IMG/VR virus record: IMGVR_UViG_3300033068_001920
Location: 1 to 64,000 of that record
DNA from: a virus
Lineage: Duplodnaviria; Caudoviricetes
DNA length: 64,000 nucleotides
Strand: one strand, 5' to 3'
Of this stretch, positions 8,901 through 18,460 are shown one piece after another. Both the position numbers and the translations under genes were made by a program. The notes under the pieces are model-generated. The model searched no databases and had not been told where the DNA came from. It worked only from the letters and a program-made list of their open reading frames with translations. Position 1 is the first letter of the stretch. Every line of letters begins with the position of its first letter.

Positions 8901-9064
8901 CTTCGTCTCATCCCTCTCTGATCATTCCAGGCCGGGGTTTGCCCGGAACTTGCGGATCCTGGCGTATGCCCAGACCCGAGCCTTCGTTGCGATATCGTCG
9001 ATCGCCGGCACGGCCTTGACCGCTGCGGCGCCGCACAGGAACACGAGCACGTAATCCATAGCCC

Positions 9065-10714
9065 TCAACCCCCTTTTCTGTTCGCCGGCGGGCGAACGCC
9101 GAACGGCAAGACATCTCCGCCGCCGGCGTCGTCGTCATCGGCTGGACCTGGCCCGCCGCCGAAGGGTCCGCCGCCGTTGGCCTGGGCTTCGGCCTCTTTC
9201 GCAGCCTTCGCCGCGGCGACCAAGCCCTTGGCCAGCATCTCAGCCAAGTCCTCATCGATATTCATGATCTTTTCGATGATCTGCTGGTTTGCCGCCTCAT
9301 CAAGACCCAAGTCCTTCAGTATGCCGAGGTTGGTCAGCATCAGGGATGCGGTATTCATGGCCCGCTCGCGCGAGCTCTGCTTCTCGGCCTCGAGCGCGGC
9401 GTTGGCGCCGTAGAACGTCACCCTGAACGGGCGGTCCTTCTTGTCGAACACCCAGCCGTATTTCGACAGGGTGTGGATATCGACCACATCGTTGAAGAAC
9501 GTCTCCAGGCACGTCCGGATGATCCGGCTCCGCTCCGCGGCCTGCACCGATGTCCGAAAGAACCCGCCCTCACCCAGCCCGCCGGACAGCATGTCGCTGA
9601 AGCCCAGCATGGACAGGTCGATGCCCAGCGCGCCGGCGAGCAACTTGGCGTGGAACATCACGTCCTCGACCGACATCGCTTGGGCGCCGGAGGTGCCTTG
9701 GAACCCCTGCACCTGCGTCAGCTGCTTTTCGTTGAACGTCGGGATCAGGTGGAAGCGGCGTTCCGTCACCGGAGTGCCGCGCTTCACGGCCTCGGCAGCA
9801 TAGGCCTTGGACGCGACCAGCATGTCCTTGATCGACTTCATGAACTCCTTGCGCTGCTGCAGGGTCATCCCCTCCAAGTTCACGCCGATCATGGATTCGT
9901 CGATGCTGTTCAGGATGCGCTGCCCGACCAGGCCGACCAGGGTCGCGGCGAGGTTGTCGTACGCCTCCTCGACACCCTCAAGGAACGACCCGCCGACGAG
10001 ATCCGGCAGGACCGGCAGGTTGTCCACGTCATCCTCGGCGATCGTGGTCCGCATCGCCTTGTCAATCACCCGGGTCTGCGCGACGTAGAGCATGCGCGGC
10101 ATCTTCGCGCGCACCATCTGCTTGATCGTCAACCGTTCCGTGAACTTTTGGCCGGCGGACACCACGTAGCCGATCGTCTGCGTGCCGCGGCAGTACGGCT
10201 GCACCAGTGGCGGGAAGATCGCCTCATCGCAATAGACATCGTTGATGCCCTCGCCGTCCCGGGCGTAGACCCTGGCGTAGGAATCACCGAAGCCGCAGGC
10301 GTTGAAGGCGATTTGGTGGGCGATGCGATTGAAGATCGGCTCCAAGTCGGCTCTGATCTCGTCGATGACCGCCTTCTTGTTGGCGTCCTTCTCGGCGTCC
10401 GCGAGCGTATCGATGAAAACCGTGTCGCCGGATTCTTCATCGCCGCCGAGCGCCATCGTGACGTGGGCGCGCAGGGCCGTGGAGATGATGGGGTCGCCCA
10501 TCATGTAGTGGTATTTCGTGTAGATCTCGGTGCGCGCACGCGCCGATCGCCGGCCGCTGCCGAGCAGCATCGAAACCGAGACTTGATCGTAGCCGAACTC
10601 GGCTTCGGCGGTCGAAAGGCTACCCGGGCCGGATTGTTCTCCGCCCATCGCCCGGGAAATGAGTTCCTTTCCCTTGGACTTCGCTCTACTCAGCCAACCT
10701 GCACCATTCGCCAT
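9065..10714 (-). CDS. portal protein (P1 Prt-like)
   Basis: About 549 aa; IISTALRAHVTMALG and ACGFGDSYARVY match the recalled P1 portal. Confidence 0.8.
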   Translation of the reverse strand: MANGAGWLSRAKSKGKELISRAMGGEQSGPGSLSTAEAEFGYDQVSVSMLLGSGRRSARARTEIYTKYHYMMGDPIISTALRAHVTMALGGDEESGDTVFIDTLADAEKDANKKAVIDEIRADLEPIFNRIAHQIAFNACGFGDSYARVYARDGEGINDVYCDEAIFPPLVQPYCRGTQTIGYVVSAGQKFTERLTIKQMVRAKMPRMLYVAQTRVIDKAMRTTIAEDDVDNLPVLPDLVGGSFLEGVEEAYDNLAATLVGLVGQRILNSIDESMIGVNLEGMTLQQRKEFMKSIKDMLVASKAYAAEAVKRGTPVTERRFHLIPTFNEKQLTQVQGFQGTSGAQAMSVEDVMFHAKLLAGALGIDLSMLGFSDMLSGGLGEGGFFRTSVQAAERSRIIRTCLETFFNDVVDIHTLSKYGWVFDKKDRPFRVTFYGANAALEAEKQSSRERAMNTASLMLTNLGILKDLGLDEAANQQIIEKIMNIDEDLAEMLAKGLVAAAKAAKEAEAQANGGGPFGGGPGPADDDDAGGGDVLPFGVRPPANRKGG

Positions 10715-10787
10715 GGGTCGTCTCGCACACCTGTTCAAGCCGTGGGCACAAGCGCCCTATGGTCTTGAACATAATGCCACGCGGCGA

Positions 10788-11009
10788 TCAATTGCTCGGT
10801 TCGGCTTTCCGATTCTGCTTCTTCGCGCTTTCTTTGAAGACCAGTTCCTTGATCGGCGCGACGTAGGGAAATGCGCCGGCTCTGCGCACCATGGCGTAGT
10901 TCTCGGCCACGGCCATTACCCTGACTTCTCGTGCATCAACACCGCTCACGAACTTTCCATGCTGCAGGCTGAGTTCGGGCTTGTTGTGAGTCGCCATCAC
11001 CCGTTTCAT
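10788..11009 (-). CDS. hypothetical protein
   Basis: MKRVMATHNK...; ATGA coupling. Confidence 0.5.
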   Translation of the reverse strand: MKRVMATHNKPELSLQHGKFVSGVDAREVRVMAVAENYAMVRRAGAFPYVAPIKELVFKESAKKQNRKAEPSN

Positions 11010-11251
11010 CGCGCAACCTTCGCGCGGCGCGCTCCGATCGGCGGGAGGATGTAGCCGTCTTTCGACTTGGCCACGATTCCGTCCTTGACCATCTTGTTCA
11101 GCGCCATGTAGATCATCGGCTGCGTCCACCCTGTGACCGCTTCTGCCAGGTCTACACCCCTCACCGGCTTGACCGCATACCTCAACTGGTCGAAGAGGGC
11201 GGAAGCGCAGGTCAACTCCCGCCTTCCATTGATGTTGATCCCGGGCATCAC
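11006..11251 (-). CDS. small wHTH-like protein
   Basis: LAEAVTGWTQPMIYMALNKMVKDGIV. Confidence 0.5.
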   Translation of the reverse strand: MMPGININGRRELTCASALFDQLRYAVKPVRGVDLAEAVTGWTQPMIYMALNKMVKDGIVAKSKDGYILPPIGARRAKVAR

Positions 11252-11706
11252 CGATCACCCGTTTGACCTGCTGCGACCTGCAGCAGTAACGCGTCGAATT
11301 TCGCTTCAGCCGCGAGCCTGAGATCATGCGCAGTCGGCCTTTCCAGCCGCTGCACCGTGACCAGCAACTTGCGACCGTCCCCGACGTGCATCTCCAGTTC
11401 GCAGTAGTTCACCGCGCCCATCGTGTCGAGCATCCCCAGGTACGCTTCGGCCATGATCTTGGCCATGTCCGTTCCCAGTTCCAGCGCCATCTTGCCGTCG
11501 GTGATATTGAGGCCGTGCATCCGGATATCTAGGCTTTGCTCTACCTGTGCGGACGAATATTCAATGGCATCGGCCTTGGTGACCAATTCGTCTCGCTTGA
11601 TCCACGGGGCTTTCAGCCGCCAAGCACTCAGCCAGGTCAGCGAACCAAAGCAGACCCGATATCCAACGGTCTTCAATTCTTGGGTCTTGGTGGATATCGC
11701 GTTCAT
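11248..11706 (-). CDS. hypothetical protein
   Basis: ORF coupled to the downstream gene. Confidence 0.55.
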   Translation of the reverse strand: MNAISTKTQELKTVGYRVCFGSLTWLSAWRLKAPWIKRDELVTKADAIEYSSAQVEQSLDIRMHGLNITDGKMALELGTDMAKIMAEAYLGMLDTMGAVNYCELEMHVGDGRKLLVTVQRLERPTAHDLRLAAEAKFDALLLQVAAGQTGDR

Positions 11707-11721
11707 GAAATCAAAGTCCTT

Positions 11722-11767
11722 GGCGGTGGATGGAAGTGAAAATCCCCGGCACATGACCGGGGATAGA
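11722..11767 (-). terminator. probable intrinsic terminator
   Basis: ATCCCCGG-tcatgtg-CCGGGGAT then TTTC on the minus strand; coordinates approximate. Confidence 0.5.
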
Positions 11768-11774
11768 TTGCAGA

Positions 11775-12050
11775 TCAGCGATCCGAAACCTGAGCGCCGT
11801 CGCCCGGGTTGCTGGCGGTCGTCGTGTAGGGATCCGGGAAGTCGGGAAGAATTCCGGGAGCCGTGGCTTCCAGTTCGACTTCATCGAAGAACTGCTCGAT
11901 CTGCATTCCGTTGCTGGGGTCCACCAGCAGCAGGCAGTAGCGCGGCGGACTGGTGACACTGAGGATGGCCTCCTTGATGATGCCAACCTGGCCGGTGGTT
12001 TTCACCCGCGCGTATTGTTTCGGCGCGAATGCCGTATTGATTTGAGGCAT
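11775..12050 (-). CDS. hypothetical SH3-like small protein
   Basis: ARVKTTGQVGII...EQFFDEVEL pattern; good SD. Confidence 0.55.
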   Translation of the reverse strand: MPQINTAFAPKQYARVKTTGQVGIIKEAILSVTSPPRYCLLLVDPSNGMQIEQFFDEVELEATAPGILPDFPDPYTTTASNPGDGAQVSDR

Positions 12051-12129
12051 GGTCTAACTCTCCCTTCAATGCGCCCGAAGCAGCGGGCGCGACTGTTTCA
12101 GGCTCGTCGCCTGGAATTTCTATCGTGGC

Positions 12130-12801
12130 TCAGCTGGAGTGGTCGGGTTCACCATTGGCTTCCGGTGGCTTGGGTTGCTGCGCCATGGCGGCGATAGCAG
12201 CGCAAGCAATGTCTCGACGCTTGGCGCGCTCCTCTTCGTGCAGCCATTCCCAGTAGGCGCGAGGATCTGGATGCGGACGCATGACGTTGGACACCGCTAT
12301 TGCGACACGCTCGACTATCTCATCCGTCACCCCGGACTCGGGAGAATTGGCGGGCGGCTCGTCATCCTTGATGAACCCAAGATCGTTCCCGCACATGGCG
12401 CAACACGAGCGCCCACAGCCGCAGTCGCACGGGACGAGGCATTCACGGGTTGCGCGTTCGTCGCTACCTTCACAGCCGTGGACCCCGCCCGCCTTGCCCT
12501 GAGTCGTCATATGCTGGGGGGCGGGGGCGGCAGCTAAGAGGGCGTCAGCCATCGCCAATCGCATAGTGATGGTTTCCGGAATACGCAACGACGGCACCAG
12601 CGCGGCATTGAACGCGGACAGCGCTTCCGGTGCGCGTCGGATAGCGTCATCGACCGATCCCGTCACCGCATCTGCGCGCCCGGCGGCGATGTGGCGCTCG
12701 ATGAAGGGGAGTATGCCGGCGGCGAGCTGCTTGTACGTTCCGGTGCACGTCGCGCCAATCAAGGTCAGCTCTCTTTCCAGCGCTTCTACGGTCATGTTCA
12801 C
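12130..12801 (-). CDS. mosaic accessory protein A (Ead/Ea22-like patchwork)
   Basis: Shares 18-34 bp near-identical DNA blocks with 19554..20825. Confidence 0.7.
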   Translation of the reverse strand: MNMTVEALERELTLIGATCTGTYKQLAAGILPFIERHIAAGRADAVTGSVDDAIRRAPEALSAFNAALVPSLRIPETITMRLAMADALLAAAPAPQHMTTQGKAGGVHGCEGSDERATRECLVPCDCGCGRSCCAMCGNDLGFIKDDEPPANSPESGVTDEIVERVAIAVSNVMRPHPDPRAYWEWLHEEERAKRRDIACAAIAAMAQQPKPPEANGEPDHSS

Positions 12802-13385
12802 GGGGCGGCTCCTTCTTGGTTGGTGCGCGGGGTGGTTGTGACCAGAACGCGCGCAATGGCCATGAGTGCATCGCCCTTGTTGATCCAGCCGTATTCATCG
12901 TCTTCGCATGTCGCGGCCTTCTTGCGCATGGAGTTCACGAACCCTTTGCGGGCATGCGGATGCTTCTGCGCGTGCGGCTTGAACTCTTGGAGCGCATCGA
13001 TTGCTTGGAGGATTGCAGACCCATCCGGCACGCTCGCGACCGGCTCGGCGGATGTCGTACGATCTTCCCAGCCTCGAATGGCGTCCTCGATCAGTATCCG
13101 CTCGCGCTCGTTCGGCGTGTAGCAGGCGTCGCGGCCGTCTTCCGTCTCGCCGCGATACTCGTAATCATCGACGTACTCGGCGACCTCATCCGGCTCCGCA
13201 TCCCTCCCCAGCGACTCGACCGGCACGGCGGGCGGGGCAGCCTTCACCGCGCAATAGAACGCGGCCCATTGCGAGGTGTCTTTAAGCCGGGAGCCGTTGC
13301 CGTCTTCCCAGCGCAGGCAGCCCGGACCTTCCACAAGCAGCATCAGTGCATGCGCTGCGTCAAACAGGGGGTTGCTCTCTTTCAC
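12798..13385 (-). CDS. mosaic accessory protein
   Basis: Short segments joined by Ala/Pro linkers (AAPPAVPVESLGRDA, SAEPVASVPDG). Confidence 0.65.
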   Translation of the reverse strand: MKESNPLFDAAHALMLLVEGPGCLRWEDGNGSRLKDTSQWAAFYCAVKAAPPAVPVESLGRDAEPDEVAEYVDDYEYRGETEDGRDACYTPNERERILIEDAIRGWEDRTTSAEPVASVPDGSAILQAIDALQEFKPHAQKHPHARKGFVNSMRKKAATCEDDEYGWINKGDALMAIARVLVTTTPRTNQEGAAP

Positions 13386-13696
13386 TGCCAGTTCTCCACA
13401 TCGTTGTCAGCCATTTCACGGGCCAGCTTGAGTACTCCGGCGCAAATCTTCGCGGCCTGCGTCCTCTGAGGATTCTTGCTGGGGTACTGCTTCAACGCAT
13501 CGAACAGATAACGTTCGACGGGGTCGCGCGGAACTTCCGCCACGGCCTCGGCCTTCGTGAGGGCGGATTCGATGGTGGCCTTGGATTCCAACTCCGCTTC
13601 CACCGCGGCCAGGGACAGAAGCGCGTCGCCATCTTCGGGATAACCGCTTTCGATCAGGTACTCACGGACTTTCGCGATGTTGGGATGCTTGCTCAT
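13382..13696 (-). CDS. hypothetical protein
   Basis: MSKHPNIAK...; coupled to neighbours. Confidence 0.55.
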   Translation of the reverse strand: MSKHPNIAKVREYLIESGYPEDGDALLSLAAVEAELESKATIESALTKAEAVAEVPRDPVERYLFDALKQYPSKNPQRTQAAKICAGVLKLAREMADNDVENWQ

Positions 13697-13944
13697 CGGG
13701 CAATGGCCTGAAAAATGTAGGGGGCGGCGAGGAGTGCCGCGATCGTGATCGCGACCCACTTCGCGACGGTTGCAGCCGGCAGCGACCACGTAGAAGTGGT
13801 GGACCAGTTCTTGCCGTACTTGCGCCTGGCCTCTTCCTTGCGACGGCGCTCTTGCTCTACGCGTTCGCGTTCTTCCGCAAGCGCGGGATCCCGCGCGGCC
13901 TCGTAGCGGCTCGGCTTCGTTCGATTGATCGGTTTCTGAATCAT
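13693..13944 (-). CDS. small membrane-anchored protein
   Basis: Charged N-terminus and C-terminal TM helix. Confidence 0.55.
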   Translation of the reverse strand: MIQKPINRTKPSRYEAARDPALAEERERVEQERRRKEEARRKYGKNWSTTSTWSLPAATVAKWVAITIAALLAAPYIFQAIAR

Positions 13945-14162
13945 TCTTGCGGACTCGGCTGGAAACACATCATGCCCGGGATCAATTCGACAACGGGCGG
14001 CGCGGGGTGCGGGCTGATCTTGGACCATGCCTCAGAAACCGAGGCCTTAGCAGCGGCGTCCAAGTCGTCCCAACTCGCTACGGTGAAGGATGGGGAATGG
14101 AACAGAAATGCATCGCGCCCGGGATAGGCACATCGAGCGGTCCAAGAAATTCTCTGATCCAT
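13941..14162 (-). CDS. hypothetical protein
   Basis: MDQRISWTARCAYPG...; coupled. Confidence 0.5.
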   Translation of the reverse strand: MDQRISWTARCAYPGRDAFLFHSPSFTVASWDDLDAAAKASVSEAWSKISPHPAPPVVELIPGMMCFQPSPQE

Positions 14163-14524
14163 CACCCATACCCCTTGCAGCGCCCGTGAGCGACATCTTT
14201 GCGATAGCGCGCTTCGTGAAGTTCCATCCCGGTGTTCGCGCAATCTGCTGCCTTGTTCGGATTACCGCGGCCGGTGAGCGCGGCGTAGTTTGCCCGGATT
14301 TTTCTTTGGAGATCATCCTCGGCGTCAATCATTTCCTGCACGCGATCGCGCGCCGACTTCAGTTCGGCGATTCGGTGCTCAGCCCACTCGCAGAGCCGGT
14401 CGGCTTCGGACACCCTGCAGCCTTTCTTTGCAGCTGCCTTGTCGGCGCCCTTTCGGTATCCGGCCAAGCGGTTCGTAATGACCTTGATCTCAGCGTCCAA
14501 TATCGTGACGACGGGGGTGGTCAT
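14162..14524 (-). CDS. hypothetical coiled-coil protein
   Basis: 120 aa ORF; coupled. Confidence 0.55.
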   Translation of the reverse strand: MTTPVVTILDAEIKVITNRLAGYRKGADKAAAKKGCRVSEADRLCEWAEHRIAELKSARDRVQEMIDAEDDLQRKIRANYAALTGRGNPNKAADCANTGMELHEARYRKDVAHGRCKGYG

Positions 14525-14642
14525 GAGAAGAACTCCAGAACAGCGCGAATCGCAAAAGCGATCGCCACGATGTCAATGATGGCGAGGGCCGTGATCAGTG
14601 GAGCGCGATCACTCAAGTGCATGGATTTTTTCTGGGCGGAAG

Positions 14643-14936
14643 TCATACGGCCCGTCCGGTGACGTTATTGAGCGCCTGCGCGTAGTCGGCCGCGTCGATT
14701 CCATCGCCGCCGCAGCGGATCGCGATGTAGTCCAGCACTGCGGAGCGGAAGTTCGACGCGTCGGCGCCGAGACGGGCCTCGCAATCGTCCGCCCAGCACA
14801 GCAGGGCGTCGTCACTCGCTGCGCTCATCCAGAAGTCATCCTCATCCCAGATGTAGGGTCCGGTGTGGGTTTGCATTGCCCGTGCCGCAGTCTCTACTGC
14901 AGCCCATGCAGCATCCCTCAACGCGATGGCGCTCAT
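14643..14936 (-). CDS. hypothetical protein
   Basis: MSAIALRDAAW...; coupled. Confidence 0.55.
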   Translation of the reverse strand: MSAIALRDAAWAAVETAARAMQTHTGPYIWDEDDFWMSAASDDALLCWADDCEARLGADASNFRSAVLDYIAIRCGGDGIDAADYAQALNNVTGRAV

Positions 14937-15271
14937 GCGTACACCCGGCCTGCAATCGCAGCGAGGAACGGGGTAGCAGCGCACTTTCGCAGGACAACGA
15001 ACGACAGCGCAGGAAGGTGCTGTTCGGTGACGGCGAACGAATAGGGAGTCGAATCGCCCTGCACCTGAAAGTAGATGCGACCATCTTTCGCACCGACCAA
15101 GCCGAAGGTCACGTCCTGCGAGATGCCAAAGGCCCAACGGGCGTCTTTGATCATCTGGGTCAGCGCATCCTTCGCGCACAGGCCCGGGATGTAGTCGCCA
15201 CGAACGGCTGGGGCCTTTGGAACCGCGATATCGGTGCGCGGGTCGAACTTGGCGGAAGCGGCATTGCTCAT
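14933..15271 (-). CDS. hypothetical protein
   Basis: GGAG SD; first gene after the promoter at 15312-15340. Confidence 0.6.
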   Translation of the reverse strand: MSNAASAKFDPRTDIAVPKAPAVRGDYIPGLCAKDALTQMIKDARWAFGISQDVTFGLVGAKDGRIYFQVQGDSTPYSFAVTEQHLPALSFVVLRKCAATPFLAAIAGRVYA

Positions 15272-15311
15272 GGCTGGGTCTCCGTAATCGCCGCTGCTGC
15301 GGCATGTGAGA

Positions 15312-15340
15312 ACCTTAGCAAACGCTACTGATGGATGCAA
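15312..15340 (-). promoter_or_regulatory. sigma70-like promoter with operator
   Basis: TTGCAT-N17-TAAGGT; operator TTAGCAAACGCTA at 15315-15327. Confidence 0.75.
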
Positions 15341-15377
15341 GCATCGGCAGAACTTTCCGACGAACGGCAAGCCTCTG

Positions 15378-15872
15378 TCAGCCGACGCCGGTCGTGGAGT
15401 CGGAGCGCGCAGCGAGGATGAATCGGCGCACATAGGGTGGGATTGCCAGATTTCCGTTTTCGCCGATGACCTCATACAGCAGCACGATCCCGCCGCCAGG
15501 TTCGACGCTGATCCGATCCGGCTTCCGGATGTGGTCGGCGGTCTCTTCGACGAACTCGATCAGCGCCTCCATCGGGGCTTGGGCGTAATTCAGCCCGGTG
15601 TCGGCGTCGTTCCAATTGGCGCCATCACCCTGCCAGATGCCGGCGAACACGATCTTGGCGTCGCCGACCGGATCGTATTCGTACTCGGCCTCATCCTCGC
15701 CATCAAGCACGCCGAGACCACCGATGTTCGGCACGCTTCCGAGCGATTCGTCGGGGCCGTCCGGGGCGCGCAGGAGCGTCTTACGCCAGACCGTGCAGTC
15801 CATGGCGTTCGGATGGCGCAGTGTGACGGCGCGGCCGGCGCGAGCGATAGCGGTGGGAACTGCGTTCAGCAT
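15378..15872 (-). CDS. putative virion neck/head-tail protein
   Basis: Acidic 164 aa protein following the gp26/gp25-like genes, as in the P1 gp26-25-7-24 block. Confidence 0.55.
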   Translation of the reverse strand: MLNAVPTAIARAGRAVTLRHPNAMDCTVWRKTLLRAPDGPDESLGSVPNIGGLGVLDGEDEAEYEYDPVGDAKIVFAGIWQGDGANWNDADTGLNYAQAPMEALIEFVEETADHIRKPDRISVEPGGGIVLLYEVIGENGNLAIPPYVRRFILAARSDSTTGVG

Positions 15873-15894
15873 GATCGTTTTCCTGTCGTCGGCA

Positions 15895-17070
15895 TCACGT
15901 GCTCTTGGTCGCGGCCATCATCTGTTCGAACTGCTGTTGGTTGATCGCGCCAAGCCTCAGCAGTTCCCGGCCGTGTCGCTCGATCGCCGCGCGCGCCGAC
16001 GCCTTGCCCTTCGCGACCTTCGCCGATTCTTTCGCCGCGGCGCGCTGCTTTGCCTGATCCATCATCCGCTGATAGCTGGGCCTTTGCTTGCGCTGAGCCG
16101 TTTTCTCATCGGTTGACCGGATCTGGCGCCGGCGCGAGTCCTCTTTGCGCCGCTGCTCTTCGAACGCGCGCTGGTCCGCGATTTTCTCGACCTTTTCGGT
16201 GTGCCCGATATCGTCGCGGAACTTCTGGATGGCGTTGGCGGCGTACCGCACGAACGTCGGCGAGCCCTGGATTGTCTGCATCACGCGCAGGGCGTGCTTG
16301 CATGCGATGCCGCCGAGGCTCGGATTTCTGATCTTCGGGAACGCGTTCTCCGCGCGCCCGTAGACCGTCTCGAGTTGCGTGTTCAGGTATCGAAGCCAGT
16401 ATTTGAACCGGCCGCAGGAACACTCGAATTTCAGCCGGCTTGCGGTCAACTGCTTCGCCATCTTTTCTGCCGGATGCGGCGACGCCACCATGGCACCGAA
16501 GTCCAAGAACTGGACGTTGACGTTGTGGTGCGTGAACTCCGAATCCGGGCTCGCGTTCGTGACGAAGTGGACGACCAGCGAGGTGGACTGGCCGCCGCCT
16601 TCCGTCATGGCCCGGTAGTGCGTCGGGTTCGCCATCCGGATCTGGTCCTGAGCGCGCTTCCGATCCTCTGTCATGGATTTGTCGATGACCTGCTTGGCCC
16701 GGATGCCGCCCAGCATCTTGCGTTTCGCGGCGTCCTTGCGCACCACCTGGACGTTGTACTGGAACTGCTTCAGGTCGTCGTATGTGATCGGCCGAATCTG
16801 ACCGCCGAGCGTCGTCATTAGCCCGCGGTCCATCAGGTACTCGCCCGCGATCTCATCCGGCGCCAGCAGGGTGTTGCCCGGATCCTGCTGGTCAGAACGG
16901 CGCTTCTCAATTTCCGCGGCGAAACGCTCGCGCGATTGCACTCGGACATTGCGGCCCGGCAGCAGAACGTCTGGCGATCGCTTGCCTTGACGGGGTTTGG
17001 CCTTGCGTGGATTCGTGACGACGACCCGGTCACGGGGCTTGCGCGGACTCGGCGGCTTCCGCGTGGCCAC
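15895..17070 (-). CDS. P1 gp25-like tail protein with SWIM-type Zn finger
   Basis: FECSCGRFKYWLRY...FPKIRNPSLGGIACKH matches recalled P1 gp25. Confidence 0.75.
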   Translation of the reverse strand: MATRKPPSPRKPRDRVVVTNPRKAKPRQGKRSPDVLLPGRNVRVQSRERFAAEIEKRRSDQQDPGNTLLAPDEIAGEYLMDRGLMTTLGGQIRPITYDDLKQFQYNVQVVRKDAAKRKMLGGIRAKQVIDKSMTEDRKRAQDQIRMANPTHYRAMTEGGGQSTSLVVHFVTNASPDSEFTHHNVNVQFLDFGAMVASPHPAEKMAKQLTASRLKFECSCGRFKYWLRYLNTQLETVYGRAENAFPKIRNPSLGGIACKHALRVMQTIQGSPTFVRYAANAIQKFRDDIGHTEKVEKIADQRAFEEQRRKEDSRRRQIRSTDEKTAQRKQRPSYQRMMDQAKQRAAAKESAKVAKGKASARAAIERHGRELLRLGAINQQQFEQMMAATKST

Positions 17071-17072
17071 GA

Positions 17073-17435
17073 TCAGCGGACCTTCGTGACCGGCGCGGAC
17101 TGAAACCCGGTTCTGAACTTGATCAGCGCCAAACGGCTTGCCGTTGGCAGCACGAGCTCACGCTCGGTCAACTGCTGGTCCAGCCGGTCAAGGCCGGCGG
17201 CTGCCATGACGGCCAAGTATTCGTCGCGGCTGCCGTACACACGTTCGGCGACCAGCGTCAGATCCCAGCGCTCATCCGGCTTCGTGAAGTACCGGATTGC
17301 GTCCTCCCAGACCGGCGCGGTCACGGAGAACTTGCGAACCTCTCGGTAGAAGCGGGATGCGGGAACCATGATCCATGGTCCCATTGTCCAATCGCGAAAA
17401 CGTCGGCATCTTTCCGATACTGTCGGGTGCTGCAC
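17073..17435 (-). CDS. baseplate protein (P1 gp26-like, LysM/gp53-like); true start probably near 17369-17384
   Basis: YFTKPDERWDLTLVAERVYG...AAAGLD motif. Confidence 0.75.
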   Translation of the reverse strand: MQHPTVSERCRRFRDWTMGPWIMVPASRFYREVRKFSVTAPVWEDAIRYFTKPDERWDLTLVAERVYGSRDEYLAVMAAAGLDRLDQQLTERELVLPTASRLALIKFRTGFQSAPVTKVR

Positions 17436-17673
17436 CGCTGCAGTTCAGCAATTCCAGAAGGTCACCGCTCGGATCGGGCGTGGCAGTCCGAGCCCTCGCC
17501 CTCGCTCTGGCGCTGCGGATCGCGCTGCTCCTGCTTGGGGGATGCCTGTCCGGCTTCGGCGTGTAGCGAATGCGTTTGGCGATGAACTCTTCGCTTCGCC
17601 CGAGCGCCAGTGCGATCTCGTGCACTGAGCAGCGCTCCGCCGCGAGCAACCTGGCCAAGTGCGCGACATTCAC
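17272..17673 (-). CDS. HTH-containing hypothetical protein
   Basis: SVHEIALALGRSEEFIAKRI; C-terminal part overlaps the gp26-like gene. Confidence 0.45.
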   Translation of the reverse strand: MNVAHLARLLAAERCSVHEIALALGRSEEFIAKRIRYTPKPDRHPPSRSSAIRSARARARARTATPDPSGDLLELLNCSGAAPDSIGKMPTFSRLDNGTMDHGSRIPLLPRGSQVLRDRAGLGGRNPVLHEAG

Positions 17674-18020
17674 GCAGCCAACCCCTCAAGGATCTTGTTC
17701 TGCATCTGCAGCAGGAATTCATTGTTGCCGAACTCGGCATAGAACAACTTGCTTCCGCCCATGAGGCTTGGACCGTAGTAGTCCCGACAGGCCGCATGGC
17801 TGTAGTCTTCAATCGGTCGGCCTTGGTGGTGCCATAGGCACAGACCGATCGTCTTCTGGTGGCAGCCGGGCTTCGTCTTCCCATCCAAGTGGTGCCACTG
17901 AACATAGCCCGTGTTCGTCAATTTGATCCCGCGCTGCTCGCACGCCATGCAGTTCCCGGCATGGATCTTCGTGCGTCGCTCCTTATCAGCCTTTGTCAGC
18001 GCCCTGCCACCGAAACTCAC
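17670..18020 (-). CDS. ref: Ref-family recombination-enhancement HNH nuclease
   Basis: CMAC...WHHLDGKTKPGCHQKTIGLCLWHHQG...FYAEFG; GTG start overlapping the upstream stop. Confidence 0.75.
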   Translation of the reverse strand: MSFGGRALTKADKERRTKIHAGNCMACEQRGIKLTNTGYVQWHHLDGKTKPGCHQKTIGLCLWHHQGRPIEDYSHAACRDYYGPSLMGGSKLFYAEFGNNEFLLQMQNKILEGLAA

Positions 18021-18460
18021 TGCGCAACCCTGGGAAACGCGCCGTCCAACACCTCGCGCGGGATGTCGAAGAAGCTGAGTTGCCCGCGGCATGCAACGAA
18101 GGGGCAAGGCGCCGCGTCAGCCAGCACGAACCCGTATTCGCCATAGAACCATGGGCTGTCCATCTGATCAACGCAATCGATCACAGTCGCGGCGCCGACG
18201 ATGCCGCCGCAATCAAACCTGTCGGGGAATGGGATCGTCGGGAACTGCTCGCGCAGGCTCGCCAGATCATCACGCTGTTCCCGCCCCCACTTCGCGCCGG
18301 CGTGGATCAGGACGCGGCCGCGGAACTTGGTCTTCCAGTTCCGATTCTCCACATTCTTCACTTCGCACGCGGCGATCGCTGCGGCGCGCGCTTCTGGGGT
18401 TATCAGGTCGGGGCGGACAATGGCCCAAGCCCAGGGTTGCAGGATCGAAAGCGCCTTCAT
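18017..18460 (-). CDS. ASCH domain protein
   Basis: MKALSILQPWAWAI...KNVENRNW...RGRVLIHAG...GGIVG. Confidence 0.9.
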   Translation of the reverse strand: MKALSILQPWAWAIVRPDLITPEARAAAIAACEVKNVENRNWKTKFRGRVLIHAGAKWGREQRDDLASLREQFPTIPFPDRFDCGGIVGAATVIDCVDQMDSPWFYGEYGFVLADAAPCPFVACRGQLSFFDIPREVLDGAFPRVAQ